Positions 17,088-25,077 of a DNA stretch of 36,102 nucleotides are shown here, one piece after another. The stretch covers positions 78,305 through 114,406 of IMG/VR virus record IMGVR_UViG_3300032291_002057; one strand, written 5' to 3'. Position 1 is the first letter of the stretch, and every line of letters begins with the position of its first letter. The stretch is from a virus (Duplodnaviria; Heunggongvirae; Uroviricota; Caudoviricetes). The notes under the pieces are model-generated. The model saw only the letters and a program-made list of their open reading frames with translations, had not been told where the DNA came from and did no database searches. Made by a program: the position numbers and the translations under genes.

Positions 17088-17582
17088 TTAAATATCTCCT
17101 TCATAATTCTTAGGCACAATCAGCCCAGAATCTAAAGTTATTCCATTGATAGTATGAGGTTCGTTTTCATCATAACTCCATCCTAAGTATTTCATCATTT
17201 TATGTTTCACAAGTAAATTAGGACTACGAAACACTTCGGTGTCATCAAAGCCCATCATTACCCCAATTTCACAAACTGCACCACTACGACATACACCAGC
17301 AACACAATGCACAATCACGTTACTACGATTGAGTAATGCTTGCTTTAATAGCAATACCAAACTCTCTGCTTGGTATTCGTTGATTTTCATATCAGGTTCA
17401 ATACACTTGTCATCTTTTTCTAAATCCAAGAATTGAAATTGTGCAACATGATTAAACTTATACAACGGTTCAGGAAACTCCATACCAGTGTCAACAATCT
17501 GAATCAACATATTGTTAGGACCTGGATCAATATGAAACCCTTTTTTAATATCGCTTAGTGCTACATTTTGAATCCATGGCAT
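17088..17582 (-). CDS. Protein tyrosine/dual-specificity phosphatase-like (CX5R) (start revised to MPWIQ)
   Basis: VHCVAGVCRSG signature; GGAG SD. Confidence 0.88.
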   Translation of the reverse strand: MPWIQNVALSDIKKGFHIDPGPNNMLIQIVDTGMEFPEPLYKFNHVAQFQFLDLEKDDKCIEPDMKINEYQAESLVLLLKQALLNRSNVIVHCVAGVCRSGAVCEIGVMMGFDDTEVFRSPNLLVKHKMMKYLGWSYDENEPHTINGITLDSGLIVPKNYEGDI

Positions 17583-17583
17583 A

Positions 17584-17781
17584 TTACTCTCCAAACTTGA
17601 ATTCACGTACCCATTCAAACCGAGTACTTGCAGGTACCCACTTGAATGACATTTTCTTACGTTCAGGTACACCTACATCAGTAGTTATACATATCCAACC
17701 TTTTTCTTTGCTGAAGCCAACAGTCTCGGTGACGCGGACGACTTCAACTATTTTGTCTTGAAATTTTGCGAACACACTCAT
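17584..17781 (-). CDS. Hypothetical protein
   Basis: AAGGAG SD; own promoter. Confidence 0.7.
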   Translation of the reverse strand: MSVFAKFQDKIVEVVRVTETVGFSKEKGWICITTDVGVPERKKMSFKWVPASTRFEWVREFKFGE

Positions 17782-17803
17782 AATGACTCCTTCTAATCAG
17801 AGT

Positions 17804-17832
17804 ATTATAATTGATTTGGTAATAGTTGTCAA
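17804..17832 (-). promoter_or_regulatory. sigma70 early promoter, perfect consensus
   Basis: TTGACA(17827-32)-17-TATAAT(17804-09). Confidence 0.88.
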
Positions 17833-18606
17833 CTATAATTTAGCCAAGATACTTGCTGTGTTGTAGTCTTCTGGACTGATTGCATGTTTACGTAAAAGTG
17901 TTAACTTTTGTTCTAGTGGCATGTCTACCCAATCCACTGATGCTTTTTTGTAGGCACGTTGGAAATAATCTTCAGGATTGGGGATATTTTCTAAGGCTGT
18001 TGGTCTAACAATAGAATCTTTAACCCAATCGATTAAAGCAGTATGTATTCCAAACTCAGTAGCAAGTTTTAATATTTGTGATTGACAACCTATCTCATCT
18101 CGGTATGCGTGGCGTGTACTTATTACATCATGAACTTCACTAGTAAACATCATAAAATGATCTTCTATACCTACATGTTTATTACCATCTGGTCCAATTT
18201 GAGGTTCATATCTAGTAATATACAATGTGTTAGGTTCGGGTGATAAAATAATTTTATCTTCTACACGTTTATATATGATATCAGGTCGAGTATCAAATAC
18301 TGCATCATATACTATCTCTCGTTCACGTTGTTTTTTATAGGGAATGATTGCGTAATTCAACCAGCTGGGTCCTTGCCAAGAGTTGTAATATAAATCATCA
18401 GGATAAATAGTTAAAATCTTAATTAGTTTTTGATTATTATCATCAAACGTATCAGTAATCCGTTTCATAAACATGTTGTCAAAACGCCATGTTACAAAAT
18501 AATATTCAACGTTTTCTGCAATTGATTCATAAAACTTAAATGCTTCTTTATGATTATAATCCCATGTTCTATAATGACCCCTTAAAATTACAGCAATATT
18601 TTTCAT
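17833..18606 (-). CDS. Putative glycosyltransferase-like protein
   Basis: IAVILRGH.R, YFVTW, YDAVFDTRPD (DxD-like) pattern. Confidence 0.5.
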   Translation of the reverse strand: MKNIAVILRGHYRTWDYNHKEAFKFYESIAENVEYYFVTWRFDNMFMKRITDTFDDNNQKLIKILTIYPDDLYYNSWQGPSWLNYAIIPYKKQREREIVYDAVFDTRPDIIYKRVEDKIILSPEPNTLYITRYEPQIGPDGNKHVGIEDHFMMFTSEVHDVISTRHAYRDEIGCQSQILKLATEFGIHTALIDWVKDSIVRPTALENIPNPEDYFQRAYKKASVDWVDMPLEQKLTLLRKHAISPEDYNTASILAKL

Positions 18607-19442
18607 AATAAATTATTGTCAACACAATATTTGTACATATAATCAGCCCAAAGTTTATGACCATAACTGTTAGGATGAAACACTTCAAACACTTTTCCAT
18701 GGTCGTTATTTACTTGTGAAAGAAGATAGTGATGCATGGTACCTTGTTCGGTACTATCTTTGTTGATAAATTTAACTTTATCAATGCTTTCCCATATTTT
18801 TTTGATTCCTAATTCAGTTGTATAAAATTTTTCTGTATATTTTTTATCATCCCATTGATAAATCATTTGTTGATAATGATGATAAAATGCCTGATGCATT
18901 ACGTATTTTATGTTAAGTTGTTTTAACATCATTTCAGTATGCCAAACAGTCGTAACCCATCTGAGTAAAAATTCTTCTTCGTGATAAAAATTTTCAAAAT
19001 ACAAACGCATCAATTGATTTACATTGTCATTTCTGAAATCGTAAGATAAAGCCCATGGTCCAAATTCTTGCCATCGATTACTAGAATCACTATTTTTAAA
19101 ATAAAACTCAGTTCTTTCTGGACTTGTCCATCCTATAGTAATGAATAGATCACTAGTATCTCTTCCTGAAGTATATCCCTCAATACTTAACCATTCAAGT
19201 AAGGTGCGTGATATTGCATCGTTGCTGTATGCACATTTACTTAAATCAACAATTTCTGTTGCATTTATTGAATTAGCAAATATATTAAGATATTTGTGTT
19301 TTAATCTAAATGCTTCATTTACTGGTTTAAGGTGTAAATGATGTTGATCTCCGCCTAGTTTCATTATAGGAATTGGTTCTTCTATTGGGTCAACTAACTC
19401 TGAACCCCAGCACCAACTATCACCACATCCAATTAATCGCAT
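18603..19442 (-). CDS. SGNH/GDSL hydrolase-like protein
   Basis: GDSW (block I), SND.I, IGWTSPER, HPN..GH..WA. Confidence 0.75.
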   Translation of the reverse strand: MRLIGCGDSWCWGSELVDPIEEPIPIMKLGGDQHHLHLKPVNEAFRLKHKYLNIFANSINATEIVDLSKCAYSNDAISRTLLEWLSIEGYTSGRDTSDLFITIGWTSPERTEFYFKNSDSSNRWQEFGPWALSYDFRNDNVNQLMRLYFENFYHEEEFLLRWVTTVWHTEMMLKQLNIKYVMHQAFYHHYQQMIYQWDDKKYTEKFYTTELGIKKIWESIDKVKFINKDSTEQGTMHHYLLSQVNNDHGKVFEVFHPNSYGHKLWADYMYKYCVDNNLL

Positions 19443-19891
19443 CGTATTTCCTTTATTTTATTTACGTAGTCGCTACATATAGCGATACACTTTACATCTA
19501 ACACATTGTTTAATGTACTATCAATATACTCTGGCATGACCATAATACTATTTGGTGTTAATGACTTACCGGGCTGTGTCCATATATAACCTTTACTAGT
19601 CAACACACAACTGTCACTTTCATGCCAAAAGAAATTTAAATTATTTAGTAATGACATAATATATAATGCATCTACGTTTTTTGCATGTAGCCATAGATTA
19701 GATTGTTTTAAAAATTCATATGGAACTTCATAGTCAGGATAGTCATGACCAAGAAACCATTTGTTATCCACAGACCAAACATCAACTTCACAATGATATC
19801 CCTTACTTAATGCTAGTTCAATCTGTTGTGGTCTATTTTCTAAATTAACATCAGGTCCGTTAAATAGGCCTCTATGTGCTATGTATAGCAT
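19433..19891 (-). CDS. Glycerophosphodiester phosphodiesterase-like (GDPD/PLC-like) protein
   Basis: IAHRG...EN......AL..GY..EVDVW...LGHD. Confidence 0.8.
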   Translation of the reverse strand: MLYIAHRGLFNGPDVNLENRPQQIELALSKGYHCEVDVWSVDNKWFLGHDYPDYEVPYEFLKQSNLWLHAKNVDALYIMSLLNNLNFFWHESDSCVLTSKGYIWTQPGKSLTPNSIMVMPEYIDSTLNNVLDVKCIAICSDYVNKIKEIRCD

Positions 19892-20579
19892 ATTTTTTTA
19901 ACTTTTCTTGAGTCTCTTTATAGCCATTATCAATTTGATAATAACTATGATTAAGGGCTTCAGCTAAGGGAAAATCTATTCCACCCGGAAAACACTTATC
20001 TCCAAAAAAATACATTGTTTCATACTTTCCTATAAAGTTAATACATGTTTTTTTACTAGCAGTATTTAAGCATATATCAATACTTGTATTTCCACCTATA
20101 AATGCATTGAATCTAGGGAATGTTTTTGTAAATTCTTCTATTAGTAATTTACGTTCGTTATAAGTATTGTCCCATTGCAAGTATGCATCACGTTCTTCTT
20201 CATTTGCATTTCTACCTACCACAGAAAAATTAACACTACCTGTTCTTTGTTCAATGTGGTTCCCTGTTTTTACTGAATACGGACTTTCTTTTGCATAAGT
20301 TTTTAGCCACCACAATTCTTCTGGACGCAGTGAAAATTGATTTATTTTATATTCTCTATCGTCAATAAAAATATGATTACCTATACAATGGAATCCTATT
20401 TTTGCACCTTCAACAATTTCAATACCCAGTTGACTAATTGTAGAGACCCTTTCACCGCCGGTGATTAGATAATAGTCTTTGTCTTTACTCCAATCAATAA
20501 ACCATTCTTTGAAGTCAGGTTCAATCTTACATCCAGTGTTTACTAACACTCCATCAACGTCAAATAGATATGCAATCAT
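19872..20579 (-). CDS. HAD-IIB phosphomannomutase-like enzyme
   Basis: LFDVDGVL; E.R.G..NFSVVGRNA..EER; GG..SIDI; FFGDKCFPGGID. Confidence 0.88.
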   Translation of the reverse strand: MIAYLFDVDGVLVNTGCKIEPDFKEWFIDWSKDKDYYLITGGERVSTISQLGIEIVEGAKIGFHCIGNHIFIDDREYKINQFSLRPEELWWLKTYAKESPYSVKTGNHIEQRTGSVNFSVVGRNANEEERDAYLQWDNTYNERKLLIEEFTKTFPRFNAFIGGNTSIDICLNTASKKTCINFIGKYETMYFFGDKCFPGGIDFPLAEALNHSYYQIDNGYKETQEKLKKYAIHST

Positions 20580-20896
20580 ACGATATATTTGTCAGTTGGT
20601 ATACTAGGTGTTTTAACACACACAATAGTACAGTCTTCATGGAATATTGGATCAGCTATTTCATTTGGTTCAACAATAAAAGTATCCCCTGTTATTAATT
20701 CTATCCCACACATGGTCATACTTCCAGAAATCAATATGTTGTATTCAGTGGCAATCTTATGAGTGTGTGCAGGCCAAACTTCACCCTTTGGATGAACTCT
20801 TACGCATACTTCAAATTCATTGGTACGCAATAGACTATTTTCAAAATCACCTATAATCCAGCCTCGATCATGGTTCGATAGTTTTCCTACTTTCAT
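20576..20896 (-). CDS. Cupin-domain protein
   Basis: H.HK.ATE.N..ISG.M motif. Confidence 0.75.
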   Translation of the reverse strand: MKVGKLSNHDRGWIIGDFENSLLRTNEFEVCVRVHPKGEVWPAHTHKIATEYNILISGSMTMCGIELITGDTFIVEPNEIADPIFHEDCTIVCVKTPSIPTDKYIV

Positions 20897-21587
20897 TTAG
20901 ATATTTAGCTAGGTCATCGGGGGTGCCTACAGGAATATATTGATGTTTATCTAACAACACAGTGCCTATTTTCCATTGTTTTTCAATTAGGTAATTGTAT
21001 GTAGGACCTATATAAAATTCGTTATTAGATTGTTGGTTAATACGTATCATATGTTCTGCACTGTTTACAAAACTATGCCCATATTTCCAATAATGTATTC
21101 CAACCAATGCTTGATTGCTTACTACTTGCTTTTCTACTATTTCAGTAACATACCCGTCATTACCTATACGTGCATAACTATGTTTTGGATTAGTGTCCTC
21201 TATTGTGACAACGCTACCCATTGATTCTCGTAACTGTGAAATTACATTTTTTGAATCGTAATCCATAATTTGATCACAATTAGCAATGATCAATTCTTCT
21301 AATGTGTCAATGTATCTTTTAGCCAATAATGCGGAACAGGATGCGCCATCGGTTGTGTACCTAGTTTCTATGATGATAGGATTAGATACTATTGATTTGA
21401 TAGCCTGATATGTATCATTGATATGTTCATCTTTTCTTACAACAAAAATATAATTACCATCAAATCCCAATGTTTCTACTGCACGGACTATCATGGGTTT
21501 GCCATTTATATCAATTAATGGTTTGGGGATAGCATGTGTGTTATGAAAACGACTTCCTTTACCTGCCATTGGGATTAAAATATTCAT
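20868..21587 (-). CDS. Sugar-phosphate nucleotidyltransferase (start probably MNILIP)
   Basis: LIPMAGKGSRF, PKPLI.I.GKPM, GASCSALLA, NCDQ, GTPDDL. Confidence 0.88.
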   Translation of the reverse strand: MNILIPMAGKGSRFHNTHAIPKPLIDINGKPMIVRAVETLGFDGNYIFVVRKDEHINDTYQAIKSIVSNPIIIETRYTTDGASCSALLAKRYIDTLEELIIANCDQIMDYDSKNVISQLRESMGSVVTIEDTNPKHSYARIGNDGYVTEIVEKQVVSNQALVGIHYWKYGHSFVNSAEHMIRINQQSNNEFYIGPTYNYLIEKQWKIGTVLLDKHQYIPVGTPDDLAKYLNESRKTIEP

Positions 21588-21592
21588 AGCCA

Positions 21593-21599
21593 TATTTAG
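21593..21599 (-). promoter_or_regulatory. Late promoter variant CTAAATA
   Basis: CTAAATA-5 nt-ATG(21587), same spacing as other late boxes. Confidence 0.5.
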
Positions 21600-21600
21600 T

Positions 21601-22215
21601 ATGGCTAATAAATACGCAATGCAAATGTTCCCTATTAAAAATAAACCTGAATCAATTTGGGTACCACCTACAAATACAGATTTTGATTACAAAAATTGTA
21701 TAATAGAAGTTCCCGATTTAGTGTCATCTGACTTAGCTAATGAGTTAAAAGACTATGCATCAAATAGTGAAGTGTCGGGGTTGCATCCAAGACAAAGTAA
21801 AGATTCAAAAATTGTTGCTAACTTTCATACATGCCTAATATATGATCACAGTCATAAAATATATGAAATACTAAATGATTGCTGGCATATACATGCTAGA
21901 AAAATTTACAATGACATTGTTCAAATTGAACCGTATGAAATAAAAAGATATGTAGAGGGTGATAGCTTTGGAATGCATTATGATAGTTGCACTAGCAACG
22001 AATTAAACATTGCAAGAAAATTAAATATATTAATTCAATTGTCTGAAGGCGATGAATATGAAGGTGGTGATTTAGAAATCGGCCCTTACACATTGAGTAG
22101 AAAATTGGGTACGGGGGTAATATTTCCTGCTGAGTTTTATCATCTTGTCACACCAATTACAAAAGGTGTACGATTCTCGTTGATTGGACATGGCTGGTGT
22201 CCAATTAATATGTAA
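21601..22215 (+). CDS. 2OG-Fe(II) oxygenase (prolyl-4-hydroxylase/PKHD-like); alternative start 21619
   Basis: H.D (MHYDS), RKL..LIQLS..DEYEGGDL, H.VTP..KG.R.SL; ATAAATA at 21608-14 lies 4 nt before ATG 21619. Confidence 0.9.
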   Translation: MANKYAMQMFPIKNKPESIWVPPTNTDFDYKNCIIEVPDLVSSDLANELKDYASNSEVSGLHPRQSKDSKIVANFHTCLIYDHSHKIYEILNDCWHIHARKIYNDIVQIEPYEIKRYVEGDSFGMHYDSCTSNELNIARKLNILIQLSEGDEYEGGDLEIGPYTLSRKLGTGVIFPAEFYHLVTPITKGVRFSLIGHGWCPINM

Positions 22216-22461
22216 GGTGACCGGTCACTCTCACCACAAGAGCCCCGGTCTAAGTTGTTACACTGTCCATAACATTTATTCTTATGGGATGGCGTTAGAC
22301 CACACCCTAGATAGTTTTCGGTATTCCCTAAAGAGGAACCGTAAGGTCAAATTCTAGTGTACCCCCTCTCCTATCGTTCAAGGGACGCTCTTTTATAACG
22401 TAAAAGAGTAAACCGGGTATAGAGAACAAAGACGTACTTTCGCAGAGGTCTTTGCCGTGTT
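22216..22461 (-). ncRNA. Candidate ~245-nt structured ncRNA downstream of the TROVE-like gene
   Basis: ORF-free; CTAAATA box at 22467-73; several hairpins and a long-range helix CCCGGUUUA/UAGACCGGG read by eye. Confidence 0.55.
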
Positions 22462-22474
22462 GCTATTATTTAGC

Positions 22475-23899
22475 TTACGCCAAAGTATAGCGATCCTTCA
22501 TAACGGTCTTCAACATGATTGCTTCTGGTGAGAAGTCATCCATGTTACCAGAAAGAATACCTTGTGCAACTGCTGGGCTAAATCCTGAGACTAGCGCAAC
22601 ACCTGTCTTGTCAAACTTAACTGGTGCGTTACCGTATGCGGCGTTCAAGTTCCAGAATACGACCTTTGGAAGTTCGTAGCCTGCCGCTTGATACTTACGT
22701 GCGATCATTTCGATAGCACTGTCATCATGCGAAACACCTGCATCAAATTGCATGTCTGAGAAGATTACTAATGTACCTGGCATTTCTGCTTGAGGAACAT
22801 TGTTATCTACCGCAGTCTTAAGGATCAAATCAAACGCTCGGTTCAAGTCGGTGTTAGCAACTTCACCAGTGTTCATTTGGTCAATCTTTTGATTGATGTT
22901 ACCCTTAAGGTTAACCAACTTAGGAGTGTGTGAGAAGGTCAAGAAAGTATCCTTGAACTTACCAGTGTTCTTGTCTGCAAAATACAATCCCAATGAGATT
23001 GCAACATCCAAACAAGACAAATCACTCTTTGAAGAACGACCACCTGCGGCACAAGTCATAGAACCTGAACTGTCAACCATTGGTAACACGTTACTGTCAC
23101 CGATGAAGTTTGGCAGTGCGTCCCATTGTGCTTGCAATGCATCCAATTCAGTCTTAGTCATAGAACTACGGCTGTACTTGTTGATAGCACCCTTCAACAC
23201 ATCATAAGGGAATACTGCACCAGCGTTAATCTTAACACCAGCTTCACCCTTAACCAACTTGGTTACGTACTCAGCGTAGGTTGTACCATGACGACCAAAA
23301 GCCTTCTTGTAACGTGCATGTGCCACTGAAGGAACATGACTGTAGTTGATGTTGTCCCAGTCGTTAGAACACATTTGTGTTTCAACAACATTGGTCAACG
23401 CAACAAGGCTCTTACGATATTGCTTCGGAGTCATACCAAAGAATTCACGGATTTCACGTGCAACATCGCCCTTACGTGGGGTCCACTTAGCAGCCAATCC
23501 ATTACGGTTACGCAATGCATCGCCCAACATAGTGTATGCTTGTGCCTTAAGATTCTTAGTCTTAAACACAAACAAATCATCGTAACGGCCTAATTCAGGA
23601 ACCTTAACCATCAAACGGCTAGCGTCTTCTGGGTTGGCTACTTCAAGGTAAGACATGATTTGTCGAAACAATTCACGTTCACCGCTACCACCACGTGCAT
23701 CACGTGCCCATTGGGCAATACGCAATGCTAGATCGGAGTTTTCTACGTATGCCGCAGTAAAAGCTGGGATGATGTTCTTACCACGGCTTGCACCGATGTT
23801 ATAGAACAAATCAACACAGGCGTTTGCTGTTGACTTACGTGCCTTCATACCATTTGTAGTACGGGCTTCTTGGTTCATTACTGCTTCTGCGAATTGCAT
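22475..23899 (-). CDS. TROVE/Ro60-like helical domain + VWA (DUF2828-type) protein (start revised to MQFAEAV)
   Basis: T.NG..A, ARDARGGSGERELF, GRYDDL, LAAKW.PR, VPS.A..RY.KAF, KINAG..FP, MIDAS DSSGS..T..FSDMQFD, VFWNL, SGFSP; AAGGAG SD. Confidence 0.85.
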   Translation of the reverse strand: MQFAEAVMNQEARTTNGMKARKSTANACVDLFYNIGASRGKNIIPAFTAAYVENSDLALRIAQWARDARGGSGERELFRQIMSYLEVANPEDASRLMVKVPELGRYDDLFVFKTKNLKAQAYTMLGDALRNRNGLAAKWTPRKGDVAREIREFFGMTPKQYRKSLVALTNVVETQMCSNDWDNINYSHVPSVAHARYKKAFGRHGTTYAEYVTKLVKGEAGVKINAGAVFPYDVLKGAINKYSRSSMTKTELDALQAQWDALPNFIGDSNVLPMVDSSGSMTCAAGGRSSKSDLSCLDVAISLGLYFADKNTGKFKDTFLTFSHTPKLVNLKGNINQKIDQMNTGEVANTDLNRAFDLILKTAVDNNVPQAEMPGTLVIFSDMQFDAGVSHDDSAIEMIARKYQAAGYELPKVVFWNLNAAYGNAPVKFDKTGVALVSGFSPAVAQGILSGNMDDFSPEAIMLKTVMKDRYTLA

Positions 23900-23923
23900 A
23901 CGTTCTCCTTTCATTTGTATTGC

Positions 23924-23980
23924 AACAGGATGCGCTTTTTTACTATTATGAAAAGTATTAAAGTTGCTGAAAGCATCCTA
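23924..23980 (-). ncRNA. TROVE-leader stem unit A
   Basis: UAGGAUGC-UUUCAGCAAC...GCAUCCUG-UU closing stem. Confidence 0.6.
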
Positions 23981-23987
23981 AAAATAT

Positions 23988-24156
23988 AACAGGTTAGCTG
24001 TTGACTGCGTTTTTAGACAGGACCGTCACGCCTGCTTTGTTAGTCTTGCTTCAATAGTGCCCTTCAACGATTCACAGATTTTACTCTGTTTCACTCCAGT
24101 CACCTACCACAGTGTCTAACAGTCCATAGTTAATGTATGATGCTGTATCTAACCTA
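23988..24156 (-). ncRNA. TROVE-leader stem unit B (long, multi-helix)
   Basis: UAGGUUAG-AUACAGCAUC...CUAACCUG-UU closing stem with the same frame as unit A; internal GACUG/CAGUC and UUAGAC/GUCUAA helices. Confidence 0.6.
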
Positions 24157-24163
24157 AAGAATG

Positions 24164-24192
24164 ATTATACAACAGTTTGTGTTTGTTGTATA
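24164..24192 (-). promoter_or_regulatory. sigma70-type promoter for the TROVE leader
   Basis: TATACA-17-TATAAT(24164-69); predicted +1 near 24157, at the start of unit B. Confidence 0.65.
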
Positions 24193-24205
24193 TATTTTTT
24201 GGGTA

Positions 24206-24424
24206 TTAAGTTTTTAACTTTTTTAAGTAGTCCCTACCAACGAATCCTTTTTCAACTTCCTTCAATGCGGTAACAATAGGACCGTCAATAATGGTTGGTA
24301 GTTTTGATTTATAACCCCTTTTCAATTCTCTAACTCTAGTTGATGCAATAAGTACCAGATCAAATCTGTTACCTACCATACTAACTGCCTCTTCGCTAGT
24401 GTATCTTGCTCTGCTATCAGCCAT
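24206..24424 (-). CDS. rpoZ: RNA polymerase omega subunit homolog
   Basis: AR.T.E.A...VGNRFDLVLIAS.R.REL..G......P...AL.E...G, the omega family signature. Confidence 0.9.
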   Translation of the reverse strand: MADSRARYTSEEAVSMVGNRFDLVLIASTRVRELKRGYKSKLPTIIDGPIVTALKEVEKGFVGRDYLKKLKT

Positions 24425-24449
24425 AGTTTCTTTCTTTCGTTAATAAACT

Positions 24450-24523
24450 TGGAGCGGGATAGGAGAATCGAACTCCTGTCCGAACCTTGGCAAGGTCCCG
24501 TTCTACCATTTAACTAATCCCGC
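24450..24523 (-). tRNA. trnG: tRNA-Gly(GCC)
   Basis: Cloverleaf; loop TTGCCAA; U73; encoded CCA. Confidence 0.93.
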
Positions 24524-24531
24524 TTTTAACT

Positions 24532-24606
24532 TGGTACCTGGACACGGTTTCGAACCGCGGACCCTCTCCGTGTAAAGGAGACGCTCTACCCCTGAGCTAT
24601 CCAGGC
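24532..24606 (-). tRNA. trnV: tRNA-Val(UAC)
   Basis: Cloverleaf; loop TTTACAC; CCA. Confidence 0.93.
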
Positions 24607-24782
24607 TTCTTATCTTCACTGCTGTTATTATAACAGACTTTGTTTATATTGTCAAATGCCTCATCTTCAATTTGGGCATCTTCAATTTCTCTAGGATCCG
24701 GCTTGCGAAAAATCGCATCAAAATTATTACCGAATTCTTTCTGACTTACACTATATGGTCTTGGTCTGCTACCTTTACTCAT
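24597..24782 (-). CDS. Small hypothetical protein within the tRNA array
   Basis: AGGA SD; 61 aa; 3' end overlaps tRNA-Val by ~10 nt. Confidence 0.6.
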   Translation of the reverse strand: MSKGSRPRPYSVSQKEFGNNFDAIFRKPDPREIEDAQIEDEAFDNINKVCYNNSSEDKKPG

Positions 24783-24800
24783 ACATTCCTTACTAAAAAT

Positions 24801-24877
24801 TGGTCGGAGTACAAGGATTCGAACCTTGGACCCCCTGGTCCCAAACCAGGTGCGCTACCAGACTGCGCCACACTCCG
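24801..24877 (-). tRNA. trnP: tRNA-Pro(UGG)
   Basis: Cloverleaf; loop TTTGGGA; CCA. Confidence 0.95.
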
Positions 24878-24881
24878 AAAT

Positions 24882-24957
24882 TGGTTGCGGGTGAAGGATT
24901 CGAACCTCCGGCCTCCAGGTTATGAGCCTGATAGTCTGACCACTGACGTAACCCGCG
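24882..24957 (-). tRNA. trnfM: Initiator-type tRNA-fMet(CAU)
   Basis: Loop CTCATAA; C1:A72 mismatch; anticodon stem has AGG/CCU rather than three G-C pairs. Confidence 0.85.
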
Positions 24958-24967
24958 ATATATTTAT

Positions 24968-24996
24968 ATTATAATTGATTGTCTATTTAAAATCAA
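24968..24996 (-). promoter_or_regulatory. sigma70 promoter for tRNA subcluster
   Basis: TTGATT-17-TATAAT. Confidence 0.65.
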
Positions 24997-25002
24997 GTTT
25001 TT

Positions 25003-25077
25003 TGGTGCGTAATGAGAGATTCGAACTCCCGACCACCGTCGAGTCAGGACGGGACTCTACCACTGAGTTAATCACGC
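25003..25077 (-). tRNA. trnV: tRNA-Val(GAC)
   Basis: Cloverleaf; loop CTGACTC; CCA. Confidence 0.9.

Noticed and set aside
22216-22461. Group I intron, riboswitch or self-cleaving ribozyme identity for this RNA
   Set aside because: No P7 R/S elements, no hammerhead CUGAUGA/GAAA core, no cobalamin/SAM/TPP consensus seen by eye; it interrupts no gene
24961-24968. TATAAATA upstream of tRNA-fMet as a late promoter
   Set aside because: Only 3 nt from the mature tRNA 5' end, so +1 would fall inside the tRNA; the overlapping sigma70 promoter explains the site better
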